A stretch of DNA of 64,000 nt, from contig NC_043011.1 in the NCBI RefSeq assembly GCF_006345805.1, forward strand, positions 36,716,464-36,780,463, in the 5' to 3' direction. Positions 13,345-27,293 of the stretch are shown here, piece by piece. The notes beneath the pieces were generated by a model. The model saw only the letters and a program-made list of their open reading frames with translations, made no database searches and was not told the origin of the DNA. Every line of letters starts with the position of its first letter. Position 1 is the stretch's first letter. Position numbers and translations under genes: made by a program. Origin of the DNA: Octopus sinensis (taxonomy: Eukaryota).

Positions 13345-13475
13345 CTTGGTTCAAACGCTCTAATTGCCTTCAGTAGACTTGAGGATTGATTGTTGCATTA
13401 GGTGGTAACAATTCAGAGTGAATTACTCCTTTGCAATCCCACCAGATAGAGAGAAGAACCTGTTTCCCATGGGCC
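13345..13475 (-). pseudogene. Mariner transposase fragment
   Basis: Minus strand GKQVLLSIWWDCKGVIHSELLPPNATINPQVY*RQLERLNQ matches the mariner catalytic-domain region (WWD.KG...LL....TIN). Confidence 0.8.
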
Positions 13476-13972
13476 GATAAACTAAGTTCCAGTTGCATGC
13501 TGGGGTCTATATAATCGATTTTAATCCCTTTGACTGTCCTTGCTTGTCCCCTCTATGTTTAGACCCTTGTGGGCCATAAAGAAATAAGAATCATTAGCAC
13601 ACCGGGGGAAATGCTTAGCGGTATTTCGTCTGACGCTATGTTCTGAGTTCAAATTCCGCCGAGGTCGACTTTGCCTTTCATCCTTTCGGGATCGATTAAA
13701 TAAGTACCAGTTACGCACTGGGGTCAATATAATAGACTTAATCCGTTTGTCTCTCCTTGTTCGCCCTCTCTGTGTTTAGCCGCTTGTGGGTAGTGAAGAA
13801 ATAGGTATTTCGTCTATCTTTACGTTGTGAGTTCAAATTCCGCCGCAGTCAACTTTGCCTTTCTTTCTTTCTGGCTCGATAAATTAGGTACCAGTTGCAC
13901 ACTGGGATCGATCTAATGGACTGGCCCCCTCCCTCAAAATTTCGGGCCTTGTGCCTAGAGTAGAAAATAATA
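13476..13972 (+). mobile_element. SINE family B trimer
   Basis: Three head-to-tail units. The last has the alternative end GGCCTTGTGCCTAGAGTAGAAA. Confidence 0.85.
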
Positions 13973-14794
13973 TAATGCTGGAATGCTTATGAACTGAAAT
14001 CAGTCTTTGTGAGTAGATAATCCGTAGGCAAGTGCAACAAGATAGTCGGATGTAATACATTCATACACACACACACACACATACACACACACACACACCA
14101 CACATAAGTAACACACGTAAATAAACGATGAAATGAAACAGATAAAAAATGAAAATAGATACAACAACATATTAAAGACTTTGAAATTTGATTTATATTT
14201 CCCATTGAAAAATCTACTTAAATGTAGATTTCAAAACGAAAACTACAAAAATATTAGACAATTATTTGAAAAATACAGTTAGAAATTCATATATTTCCAG
14301 ATAAAGAATAACAAAAATTCTTTAAAAAATAAGCCAAATTTAATTAAACCCTGTTAAGTGGTATTTTATTTTTTTATTTTATTTTGTCTCTTGTTTTGTT
14401 TATGAATAGTTAAAGAATATAAATTTGTCAGAAATGTTTTAATGTATTCTATTCAGTATAATATATTCGTTTATCGAAGAATAAATAAGAGAAAAAGAAA
14501 ACATTTTGAAATGTAGAAATTAGCATTGAAATATTGAGCTAAGAATTGTCTTCTGTTGCAGTGACTTTGTCATATTCAAACATCATTTTAAATAATGAAA
14601 TAATTCAAAAAGAGGATTAAATTTTATGTTGTTTAAAATTATTTGTGTTCATTTTTGATGATGTAGACTATCACGAGTTTAGTTAGCTTGTATTCTCTTA
14701 ATTCCAACATAAAAGCAAATTTGTGACGAATATGCTTACGTAGGAGTTTTATGGTTATATATTCATGTCAGTTTATGTAAAGTTATCAGAGAAA

Positions 14795-14925
14795 GACAGA
14801 CAGGGGAGAGACAGAGAGAAAGAGAGAGAGAGATAATGTGAGAGAGAAAGAGAGAAAGAGAGAGAGATAATGTGAGAGAGAAAGAGAGAAAGAGAGAGAG
14901 AATGTGAAAGAGAAAGAGAGAAGGA
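14795..14925. repeat. GA-rich compound microsatellite
   Basis: (GA)n with a repeated GATAATGTGAGAGAG unit. Confidence 0.85.
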
Positions 14926-15099
14926 TTGGAAGAGACAGTGATAGAGGAAAGTGTGTGTTTGTGTGATGTTGATGGGTGGATTTAGGCGGAAAAAGTAAGA
15001 CGCATTCCCACAGAGAAAAGATGGTTTCTAATAATGACTTGTACGGGGTAGAGCAAAGGCTAAGAATGTTAAGAAGAGGATTAGTTAATGCTATCAACT

Positions 15100-15245
15100 C
15101 TCGTACTTGACCAGTAATTTTTCTTTTATATCGATCCTAAAAAGATAAAAGGTGTAGTTATGTGGGCAGTATTTAAAACCAGAACGTAAAGAGCTGAAAC
15201 ATCGCTTGACACTTTGTTCAATGCTCGAATGATGCTACAAGCTTG
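15100..15245 (-). mobile_element. Degenerate SINE family B
   Basis: Reverse-complement blocks CCAGTAATT...ATCGATCC...AGAACGTA. Confidence 0.5.
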
Positions 15246-15378
15246 TCAATAACAGATGACGCTGCAACGAAGAACATATAGTGCTAGATAGATAGATAGA
15301 TTGATAGACATACAGACTATTATACATATATATATATATACGTATATTTCTATTATTATATATATTATATATATATTA

Positions 15379-15502
<124 letters not shown>

Positions 15503-15696
15503 ATACTAAGCAATAAGGGTTTAGCAACGAGTTGCCTTACCACATACCGAATTTAGAAATAGCAGTCAAAGGGTTATAGCTTTTCTTCTACTAAAAAGGG
15601 AGATCTCAGTAAAAACAGCATTTGGAAGCAGACACAAACAGGTAAGAGAGAATGAATTGACTGCAATCTATCATACATTTTTTTAGTTATCCACGG

Positions 15697-15791
15697 ACGT
15701 ACGTTTCGAAATCAAGTTTTTAGGAAAGCATAAGAATAAATATTAATATTAAATAATTCTATCTTACCGAAACTTCTTTTCTCTTCAGCGT
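15697..15791 (-). ncRNA. Type I hammerhead, canonical core, long helix II
   Basis: ACG-CTGAAGA-[74-nt imperfect hairpin G AAA...UUU C]-GAAA-C-GTA-CGT. Predicted cleavage is between 15700 and 15699. Confidence 0.7.
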
Positions 15792-16294
15792 AGAATACTA
15801 TAATCATAAATGATTATATATTGAATTTTGAGATACCAGAAGGCACCAACTCAACTCAGTATCAGAGCGAGCTAGAATCCGCAACTGGTATCACCGAATT
15901 CAATTTGTGAATGAAACGATTGTGTCAACATCCCCTTCCCACCCGCGTGTAGCCAAAACAAGATGCTGTGGTCATCTACTGAGATAAAAATATGTTATCC
16001 GTAATAATGAAGGGTGAAATTAATTAATTTGGAAAAATTATCAATTACACCAAGTAGTCTTCGGCATGTAAAAGCCTCATTCGAGGAAAATTTAAGTAAT
16101 ACTAAGCAATAAGGGTTTAGCAACGAGTTGCCTTACCACATACCGAATTTAGAAAAGCAGTCAAAGGGTTATAGCTATTTCTTCTACTAAAAAGGAGATC
16201 TCAGTAAAAACAGCATTTGGAAGGCAGACACAAACAGGTAAGAGAGAATGAATTGACTGCAATCTATCATACATTTTTTTTTTAGTTTCCACGG

Positions 16295-16389
16295 ACGTAC
16301 GTTTCGAAATCAAGTTTTTAGGAAAGCATAAGAATTAAATATTAAATATTAAATAATTCTACTTACCGAACTTCTTTTCTCTCTCAGCG
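16295..16389 (-). ncRNA. Second hammerhead copy (1-nt core insertion)
   Basis: Same motif as copy 1, but the core reads CTGAGAGAG. Cleavage site equivalent at 16298. Confidence 0.45.
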
Positions 16390-16682
16390 TAGAATACTAT
16401 AATCATAAATGATTATATATTGAATTTTGAGATACCAGAAGGCACCAACTCAACTCAGTATCAGAGCGAGCTAGAATCCGCAACTGGTATCACCGAATTC
16501 AATTTGTGAATAAACGATTGTGTCAACATCCCCTTCCCACCCGCGTGTAGCCAAAACAAGATGCTGTGGTCATCTACTGAGATAAATATATGTTATCCGT
16601 AATAATGAAGGGTGAAATTAATTACTTGGTGTAATTGATAATTTTTCCAAATTAATTATAACTATATATATTTATATATATA

Positions 16683-16960
16683 GTGGAGGTGCAATGGACC
16701 AGTGGTTAGGGCAGCGGACTCGCGGTCGTAGGATTGCGGTTTCGATTCCCAGACCGGGCGTTGTAAGTGTTTATTGAGCGAAAACACCTAAAGCTCCACG
16801 AGGCTCTGGCAGGGGTGGGAGGGGTGATTCCTGCTGTACTCTTTCGCCACTACTTTCTCTCATTCTTTCTTCTGCTGGCCTGCTCGCTTAGCCAGTGGGG
16901 TGCGTTATTTGAAGGATAAAACAAAGCGAAGCAACATCTGATAGCCTGTTCGGTCACGAT
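16683..16960 (+). mobile_element. tRNA-derived SINE family D
   Basis: A-box TGGACCAGTGG and B-box GGTTTCGATTCC. 5' half homologous to 631-912 and 3' tail homologous to 46677-46792. Confidence 0.85.
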
Positions 16961-17384
16961 GATGATATATATATATATATATATATATATAATAATATAT
17001 ATATTAATATATATACGCATAAACAACACACACATGTATATATTAAAGTTAAAAATTATTAAAGATGAGTTTTATCAGTGGCCATCATGCGTAAAAAATT
17101 ATCCGTAGACTATAATAATGAAAATTTGGAGTATAGACTTGACTGGTTTTTTGATTTTCTGTCAAATTGTCTTACCTGCCGACACTCAACGTGCTAAGAA
17201 TGTATTTTTTGTGGCTTAAGGATTTGACATGTTAGGAGACCACTTAGTGACTCTCCTCTTAGTGTGTAATTTATATACGCGTACGTATATGTATATATAT
17301 ATATTTATATATATATATATATACATGCTAATACAAGACCCACATGAAACTCCTCACTCGTATCACTATCGAACCAAGAGTTTA

Positions 17385-18811
17385 ACTACGGTGTGTCCAT
17401 AGCACTTACTTAGCGTTACCTGCCACTCTTTGGATCTTATAGTCGTGTCTTTGCTAGTTTTACGAAGTACGCTATATAACAAAGTGGGTGTCATAACGAT
17501 CCAACGTTTTAAGGATTATAGCAGTGGTGAGGAAGATACACTGATTCACGTGGAGTTAAAAGAAACTCAAATAGGAGATAATACACTCACGAAGTTTTAT
17601 TGCGCAAATTTTACGAAAAAAGAACATGGTCAAATTATGAAAAATGTGTTGGCCGGTTTGCTGGAGTTGCAAAAAGAGGAACAACACCAATTAAAAAAGC
17701 AGTAATAGCAGTAGCTACAACTGCATAACAACAGCTGAAGCATCAACAACAACAACAAATAATAATATTACAGCAACAATTTCTGCAATTACTGAAGTTA
17801 TCAGGGAAGTAAGAAAAATATTCCCGAGGACTATGTCTAGAACACCATAAGAGTTCAAATAGGAACAATGTGAAGGAATTACCTTGCAGGCATACTACAG
17901 AAGGTATGAGCAAAACTTCGAGAAAGAATGTAAAGATTGGGACGACGACATGAAAACGTGCTTAAGATTATATAGGGCATATAAAAACGCACTGTAGAAC
18001 TGGCGACAAAACATAAGCGATGCAGGATTATGTACTCCCAAGAAAACCTTCGGACATAAAATTTAATGACGTGATATGTAAAATTTTTCAGTGTAAAATG
18101 CTCATTGTTAAACACGCGTGGGAAGAGAAAAACAATGACGAGGACAACATCACATATGCTGGTAGAGTTAACAGGGAATGTGAGAAGCTTAAGGTGGACG
18201 AATTAACGTCAGATATGTTCAATTTCCTGATTTGTACACAGGAACTAACAAGAATTCATGCAAAGCTGGAACAAAACCAAGTAAAACAAATGCGAAATAG
18301 TCAGAAAAGAGGTAAAGTATTTTCTAAAAACACAACAAAATTCAGGAAATAAACCCATGTTTTGAATGTGGAGCTATAGACCCGAGGAAATGTTATCTAT
18401 TTAAAAATGCGGAGTGCTTTCGTTGTGGAAATATAGGACGTATAAAAACGCACTGTAGAACGAAGATGACAAAATGTCAGTACAAAGGAAAAAGAACAAA
18501 TTGTATGCTATCGAAAGAAACTGGTAATATAACGATGAGGAAATTCATGTAGGTGAAAGTCAGAAATAGAAGTGTTAAAATGCAGTTGGACACTGGTAGT
18601 GATATCACCATTATAAACGAAAAATCTTGGATAGTGTCCGTAAGCTGAAATGAATTAAATCGAAAAAGGTAGCACACGGTGTTACGGGAAAAAAGATTAT
18701 ATTTTGTCGGGGAATTCGCATGTAATGTAACATTTCGTGGTTAAACAAAAAAGGGAAAGATATATGTATTAAGAAATTCTCTTAATCTATTTGGCACAGA
18801 GTGGAGAGAAA
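17385..18811 (+). mobile_element. Ty3/gypsy relic: LTR remnant, gag, zinc knuckle, protease
   Basis: QDYVLPRKPSDIKF...TYAGRVNRECEKLKVDELTSDMF (gag), CFRCGNIGRIKTHC (knuckle) and KMQLDTGSDITIINEKSW (aspartic protease), with stops and frameshifts. Confidence 0.85.
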
Positions 18812-19160
18812 TTATCTAACTCGTTCCTAGCTTTTCTTAGAGCTCTTTCGAACATGTCGACAAATCTTTCCACCTGCCCATTTGACCTCGGGTGGCAGGG
18901 CGGTGTAAAGATGTGCTTTGTGGAATGTATTTTGCAGAAATTTCTTAATTCATATCCCGTGAATTGTGTTCCATTATCTGAAACTAACGTGTCCGAAACA
19001 CCACATCAAGTGAATAACTCGAGTGAGAACTTTATTGTTGTCTTTGTTGTGGGTTTATATCATCTAGACACCTCTAGCAACTTTGTATAGCTATCCACAA
19101 CGATTCGATAGTATGCACCTTTCACTGGCTCAGCGTAGTTGCTACGTATCCTGGACCAAA
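18812..19160 (-). pseudogene. Ty3/gypsy integrase core fragment (opposite strand)
   Basis: WSRIRSNYAEPVKGAYYRIVVDSYTK...DTLVSDNGTQFT...TPPCHPRSNGQVERFVDMFERALRK. Confidence 0.88.
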
Positions 19161-19924
19161 ACCTCTGTCTTTTTGCATAGACTTAGTTTGTTCAAAAGTG
19201 CTTGCGTAAATATTTGAAAAAAGTTTTAAAACTTTCCTCGGATCAGTCTATCTCACGCAAGAGGGCGTCGTAACTCTTATCACAACAGTTTGTTTGTTTC
19301 CTCATAGGTTTTTATCGCATGTCATAGTTCTAATTTAGTATCTGTATTAGATATTAGTTACAAATCAAAAAAAATTTAGAAACGTATTCATTGATAAAAA
19401 TATAATTGTGTTGTTACATTATTGATAGTGGCATGTAGTCGAGTTATTAACTTAAGAGAGAAATGGGATCATCTTCTTTTAATTAAAAATGATTAAGGAT
19501 GTTTAACGAACGCACAGATAAATGGTTTCTGAAGGGTAGGATTAATGTATTTCCTACGTGGAGCATTAAATTTCAAACTAGAAAATGTAATGCGAGGGAA
19601 AATAAAGGATTAATTTTTATTTTCATTTTTTTCCAGCAAATTTGGGAGATAATTTTGGACGTGATTACACCTAATACTCATCTCCTCAGCTCTTTTGCGA
19701 AACATTGATTTCGTTACACCGGAATCAAGATGAATGAATATTTAAGCAATTTTACAAACTTGTACATTTATTGTAGTAGGGAAACGGAACTTTACTGCGA
19801 TTAAATAATTCAAAGATGCCGTCCGCATGAAAAGGTATATAAATTAGTTCTTGAAATATTTAATAAATGAAATGCTACGAATATAGTGCATATAAATCCT
19901 TTGACAAAGAAATAAAGTGTTGTC

Positions 19925-20400
19925 TTATTTACTCCTGTTCTCCTGTGAGCATTGGGTGGTGAGTGATCTCCACCCATCTCTTGCAGGCAATTTCACTAGC
20001 CAGGTCTCGGGCCAGGTTTTTATCTACAATCTTCAAGCAAGTTTTATCTTCCTGTCTCTCTTTTTACGTTTCCTTTCTGGATTTCATTCAATACAGGTTT
20101 TCATTGGTCTCTTCATAACCATACATAGCACATGGCTAATCATCTTTTTGCGCCTCAAAGGGTTGGTATACCATAAATTCTCACCCAAACCTTCATCAAA
20201 CCTCTTCATCCGGTATTTGCTCACATAAAAAGTGTGGTTCTAAGTCAGTGTCTGTGGAAGAGACCTGCAGTTCTATATTGGAACGATCTCCTATGAATAT
20301 CAACAACATGTCTCTCAAATCATTTCCCACTATCTTATATGAGGTAAATCTCATTGCAAAATATCTCAGAAATGAGATAATCACTGCTTTCAAGAAGATA
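19925..20400 (-). mobile_element. Decayed RTE-clade LINE 3' fragment
   Basis: Frameshifted remnants resembling LQVF...CLR and HVLCM...RPMK...NPERKRK...R, typical of the RTE C-terminal region. Confidence 0.5.
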
Positions 20401-21124
20401 AAGTTTATTTTCATTGAGACCTTTCATTTGCAGTGAATTTGGGGGACTATAAGGGTCAAACCTTCGTATCTCATCTCTTGTGTTCTGTTGTACGCTTGGC
20501 ATATAACCTGGACATTACGAACACAAATAACTCATCCTCAAGATAATATCATTCAAGGCTTTTGATAGACATTTTTATCAGGGACGACGAAGTTTCTTTC
20601 TTTGTTAGATCCCCCTGCGAATGCTAATTTGTAATAAATGCAAGCATTTTCTGAGACCTCAGGAGAATGACAGCAAAGATGGTTTGGAAATGGTAGAAGA
20701 CAAGAATTAAGGTACATATTTAAGTACGACAATGATGACGATGACGACACACAGTTTTACCTTATAAAGGAGTAGCTGTATCTCTGTCAGAAACTTTTTG
20801 TTGTATGCCATACAAGGAAAGGCGGTCGGTTAGTTCTATATCAATTAAAGCATTCTGCTATGATTTTGAAGTTTACTAGATAAAATGTCTGTTTACAGAA
20901 GCAGTCCCTCAAAAGGCAGCTAGTGTCAGTTATATTAAAAAAGAAAGTGGTGTGAAGCATGTTTTATGCAATAAATACCATTCAAAGGAGCGCAGTTTAA
21001 AATTATCGGATTGGTTAACTGCAAAATTTAAGGCTATACAGAGAGAGAGAGAGAGAGACTCTCCCCACACGCGCATATACAACATACAAATATATACATA
21101 AACATATTTTATTTTTATTTTTAT

Positions 21125-21260
21125 TTCTGCTATTTGCTTTAATCATTGGACTGTGACCATGCTGGAACACTGCTTAGCAAGTTTTAGTCGAACGAATGGA
21201 CCTCAGTATATGTGTCATCGGAGAACTTTGACTGAGCCGCTAGATTACAAAAACGTTTCC
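21125..21260 (-). mobile_element. Degenerate SINE family A 3' end
   Basis: Contains the CATTGGACTGTGACCATGCTGGAACAC block. Confidence 0.5.
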
Positions 21261-22331
21261 AGGCAGTGAAGGTATAAGCAAAACTACATGTTGTATGGGA
21301 GATGTAATTACGAGTATTGCATCGGCTGCGAGAGCAAGTGGAGTTTCCTGCTCAAGAATAAATGGAAACGTGAAACGTTCTGGTGGGTAACTCGTGTGGA
21401 ATTTTGCCCTGTTTGTTTTCGTTTATACCAAGAAAAAGAAAATGGAGGTTCTGAAAGAATGGGGGGGATCGCAGGCTCGAATTGTAAAAGTAGGAATATA
21501 CGGAAGGTAATGTATTGAAATGTTAGCTAACTCTGTGAAACATCTGAGAGGATAGAACTCAGTTAGAAAGTACCAAGGTAAGAGCGCCGTGGTGCGGATC
21601 GATACCAGAGCGCAATAGTAGAGAACATTGATGAAGAGTTTGTCGTAATGTTCTAAAAGGGAAAAACGAAGATCATTGATTTTGACAAAATTAGTTTTTA
21701 CTACCCAGACGATACAAACAGAAGTATTCAAAGAAGATGGTGGATTTGGTATCTATACAACTAGAAGGAACGTCAGTAGGCTCTATAATGAAAGACTGGT
21801 AGAGACATGGTAGGTTGTCAATTTTTAATGGAATTGATCAGGACCAACTGGTGTTGCTATGTTAAGTAATAAATTAATTCGACCATCCAATATTGAAATT
21901 TTCCAAATAAAAATATTAATCATTCGATGTTGAATTCCTCCAAATATTGGATTTATATGTATAATTTTACACCCAAAGCAAAAACATCAAAATAAAATAT
22001 TTACATAAATGGTGGTGGTGGAAGGTAATGTAAACATTTTTCCTAGGAAATCATTTAAATACACAAAATAACATCAAAACTATTTTAATGAATTTTGGAT
22101 AAGGCCTGAAAAAATAATTTGCAAAAATTATCAATGGCAGCAGATTAAATTCCCGAATATTCCTAAGAATAATATCTACATATTTATAAAACAGATGAGT
22201 CTGTACGTTGGTAATCTATGTATCCATATGTATGTGTTCGTATATATAGATGCACATATATAGAGATAGACACATAAATATACACACCTAGTAAATTTAT
22301 AATATATAAATAAATTTAAGCATGTACTATA

Positions 22332-22379
<48 letters not shown>

Positions 22380-22983
22380 CACACTCTCTCTCTCACACAC
22401 ACACACATAAATATATATATATATATACAGACATATGTACCATGTATATACAATGTATATATATATATATTATAAATATATGTATGTACATATATATATA
22501 CACTATTTAAAAATATGTGTGATGATGTGCATATATATATATTATACACACTAAATAATATACCGTAACTTACAACATAATATATATATGCATATATGAG
22601 TGTGTGCGTACGTGTGTGTGTGCGCGTGCACATAATTATATATATACTGCTGGTTACACGATAATTAAATATACAGTGAATTTATATTAACAAAAAAAAA
22701 ATCAGAAATGTAAACTTCATAATTATTTTAGCAGTTTGCTTTCAGATAAATCCATTAAAAGCAAATTGTATGATTAATTTCATGCAATTCATAAAAAAGT
22801 AAGACCTTTCTAAAAGAGAAAATCTGTTAACGTACGACAGAGTGTATCTTCCGCAGTAAGATCTAAAGGTAAGCGTTTTAACCCTCCGTCCAAGAGCAGT
22901 TGCTTTCCAATCCAAATTGTTAGGAATTTTGTTGTATCTCGGGAGGGTCACTATGCGAACAATAGACACACACACATACACAC

Positions 22984-23018
<35 letters not shown>

Positions 23019-24132
23019 TCACTTATTTAAACTTTTATTTATGAAAATGGTTAACCATTTAACCGATTAGTTTATCGGTTGCTAGCTTAATCGTCCAGTT
23101 ACTTAATCAATCAGCTAAGATTGTCCATGTCCTTTCGTCGGCATTTACGGCCTTTAAAACAACATGACCTTCCTACTCAAGCACTGCTTCACATCTATCT
23201 GTCTCTTTGTTTATAGATTTTATATTTATGTGGTTATATAGATCCTTCATCTCATAATACTCATTCACATCCTTAAAACCCTTGCCTGTACTTATTATTG
23301 GGATAATGGCCCTGCTAAGATGCACCAAAATTTTACAAGACATGAAGTATCTCGCTAACCAAATATAGGAACGAACTGTTACATAGTTGTTTTGAAAATA
23401 CACAAATTAAACATCATACATATAAATCACTCGCAAGCAGGTATCATTAGTTGACGTATACGATGCGTTCGTTAATTATCTTAGGTGACCATGTTATCGC
23501 GTGCATATATAGATACACACTTAGTCCTCTTACTCGAGACCCAAAAGAACATTTAGAAGGTGACAACCTAATGGAGAGAATGTAGCGCCAATACTGGTCT
23601 GCAACTAATTTTCACTCTAAGAAATGAGTTCTTATTTCCTATTTCAAATTTTAGGGAGTTCTATTTCTTTGTTTTTCCTCCATTTTCTTGACGATCCTGG
23701 AATCAAATGCGTATGATGAGTTGATAAGTAAGAACTTCGCTTTTCTTTAACTTTGATTGCAATATCCAGTCTATTGTTTTCTAATTTCTTGTCCATTTGA
23801 ATTGGAAATCCCACAAAAACTTACATTTCTCCGTGGCAGATAGATAGAGAGCTAGCTAGCTAGATAGATATATAGATAGATAGATAGATAATGTGTAAAT
23901 TAGAAAGAGTTATTGCTCACAGTGGTTATTCTTTATTAAGGGAAGTGTAAGAACAAAATTCATCGGAATAAAATTTATTGTCTGTATGAATAGAAAATTA
24001 TTGCGATTGATTTGTTCGACTAAACCCTTCAAGATTATGTCCCTTGACATGGCTCTGAAAGCTGTAGTGTAATGGCCAAACAAATAAAGAAGTGTACGTG
24101 TGTGCGTATGTGTGTGTGTGTGTTTGTGCAAG

Positions 24133-24181
<49 letters not shown>

Positions 24182-24210
24182 GTAGATAGATAGATAGATA
24201 GATAGATAGG

Positions 24211-24256
<46 letters not shown>

Positions 24257-24257
24257 T

Positions 24258-24328
<71 letters not shown>
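24133..24328. repeat. (GATA)n microsatellite
   Basis: Direct reading. Confidence 0.97.
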
Positions 24329-24329
<1 letters not shown>

Positions 24330-25246
24330 TGTGTAAATCAGAAACATTTATTTCACACAGCGGTTATTCTTTAAGTGTAAGAATAAAATCTATTGGAATA
24401 AAACTGAGGAAAAACTAACAGAAAATGGCAAAGGAAAGAAAATTAATGGAAAAGTCTGTTCTTCATTTTCTCAAGTTTGTATTTAAGAAGAAATGAAAGG
24501 TTGTCACAACGGCAAACGCATAACGTAAGATGAATAAGTCAGAAAAAGGCCAATTAAGGAATGAAAGAAGAAAATTCATTGAAAGAGACATTTGAAAGAA
24601 TGAACATATGTGAAAATAGAAGTGTATGGTATGAATGAATAATGAAAGATAAATAAAATGAAAATGGATTAAATGAAAAAAGAAGCAATCCAATAAAGAC
24701 GAATGGCGGCAAAGGTAAAAGAAAGCTAAGACAAAGGCAAAAGCTAAACAAAGAAGTCAAAAACCGAACATAAATGCTAGAACGTAACAAAGAGTGGAAA
24801 GATAATTTCAGTGGAAATTTATATAAAAGAAAAAAAAAAATTGCAAAAAAGATCGACGTATCAAAGTAACAATTGGTTTCGTTGTTAGTTTGAGATAGAA
24901 GAGTGAAAGACTCTCACAAAAGAAAAACAAAAACAAAAACAAAACAAAAGAGAAAAAAAACAAAAAAAAAACAAAAGAAAAATGCATTGTCTTCCTATTT
25001 ATTAGCGAATCGGAAAATTGATGGCGTTGAGCTATTTTTAATTTTGTGGAGGCGGCTAGAATGACTGAAGTGTTAAACCTTAATACGTCTAATTTGTTAT
25101 TGATTTCTTGTTTTGTTGTCTGTATGCTATGAGTAATTTAATCGCACGGGAATATTTGTTACAAATAATACCTACCACTTTACCTGATTACATACATACA
25201 AACGTGCATAAATATATCTTGGCGCATGTGCATATAAATATATGCA

Positions 25247-25281
<35 letters not shown>

Positions 25282-26492
25282 GTGTGTGTGTTTGTGTGTG
25301 TATATATATATTTACAGATACTAATGTATATATTAGTATTGGTTTTTATGTTCTAATAAAATTAGGGTTACATTTTATGCAGTACATTTTGGTAGAGTGC
25401 AAATTTATCATTCTTTCAGAATTGTAGTATTGGCAGTGACTCTGAAGTTTCGGCCAGCTATACAAGTTAAGGTATAAATAATGGCCATTATATATTGTCT
25501 ATTTGTAGTGAATTTGCTTACAGCTGTTTCGGTCATAGTAGGTTCCTTACTGTTGTTTCGTTCATTGTAAATTGCTTACAGCTATTTCTTTCATTGTAGG
25601 TTCGTTTATTGATTGCTTTATTCAATCGGTCCATTGATTGGTTGAGAAAAATTGAACAACCGAGGGAATTAATGCTACCTTCATTAGAGTCATGTTGTTC
25701 TTGCGAAAACCAACGAAAACAAAGATCAACAAACAATACAGGCATAGGAAGGGGAGACAATAAGGATAAGGTGAAAGGAACTGAGATAAAGAGAAAAAGG
25801 AAAGAGAAGTGATGTATTAGAGAAAAGAATTAAAGGTAGAGGATACTACATATTAGTAGAGGCCGGTTAAAACGGAGAAAAACGAATCCTTCATGGCGAT
25901 CCGTCTAGGAGTAATGACATTACATTATCTAAAAACTTGAACTCGAGTTCGATCCGAAGGAGTAATAGTATAGGGATTTCAAGTTGTAACGGAGAATAGA
26001 TGCAATAACGAATTAAATGCAAAAATACAAGTTATGGAAGGGCTGTTGGAGAGTGGGACCATCTCACCTCTCAAAAGAGCAAGTCACATACGATTATGGA
26101 ACGCAATGGGAAGGAACAACAGAAGGACGGGTCTTTGATTTACTAGAAGATAAACCTAAACGACCCCTTAAGAATATTAGATGTAATAGCAGCATGGCGA
26201 TACTTGAAATAGACAATGGGAGTAGGGGCACTGACGGACATAAAAGTAATGATAAAGATAATCAAGATGGAAGTAAACATAAATGGAACGATTTGGGGAA
26301 GGAAACATGGAAACAGATTCCAACCACATTATTTACATTATTTACATTCGACAGATATTTGTCCTCATCTTGTTTGTTGTTAATACAAAGTTTCGGCTGA
26401 TATACCCTCCACGGGCATATGGCGTAGTGGTTAAGAGCACGGGCTACTAACCCCAAGATTCCGAGTTCAATTCCAAGCAGTGACCTGAACAA

Positions 26493-27187
<695 letters not shown>

Positions 27188-27247
27188 AATAATAACAACA
27201 TCGAAAAATACCTTAGGAATGAGAACCCAGGTTCGAAATTTCCCCAA

Positions 27248-27293
27248 GACACATGAAGAAGGCTGGAGAGTATATCAGCCGAAACGCTATGTT
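27248..27293 (+). ncRNA. Decayed type I hammerhead motif
   Basis: GACAC-ATGAAGA-A-GGCTG-10nt-CAGCC-GAAA-C-GCT-ATGTT, with C3 and the triplet mutated. Confidence 0.55.

Larger units (their letters stand above)
15503..16658 (-). mobile_element. Tandem ~596-598 bp repeat (retrozyme/PLE-like), one hammerhead per unit and an inverted terminus
   Basis: Copy 1 is 15503-16026, spacer 16027-16098, copy 2 16099-16624. 16623-16658 is the reverse complement of 16021-16056. Confidence 0.85.

Noticed and set aside
16040-16095. Second hammerhead-like motif in the tandem spacer (minus: CGAAUGA-GGC-loop-GCC-GAAG)
   Set aside because: The core is out of register, GAAG replaces GAAA, and no helix I can be formed.
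23173-23403. 76-aa minus-strand ORF in complex sequence
   Set aside because: No recognisable motif or splice support, and an ORF of this length is expected by chance.
26413-26490. tRNA gene
   Set aside because: It has A and B boxes but no acceptor-stem 3' strand and runs into (TAA)n, so it is a SINE head. The same applies to 631, 16683 and 59528.
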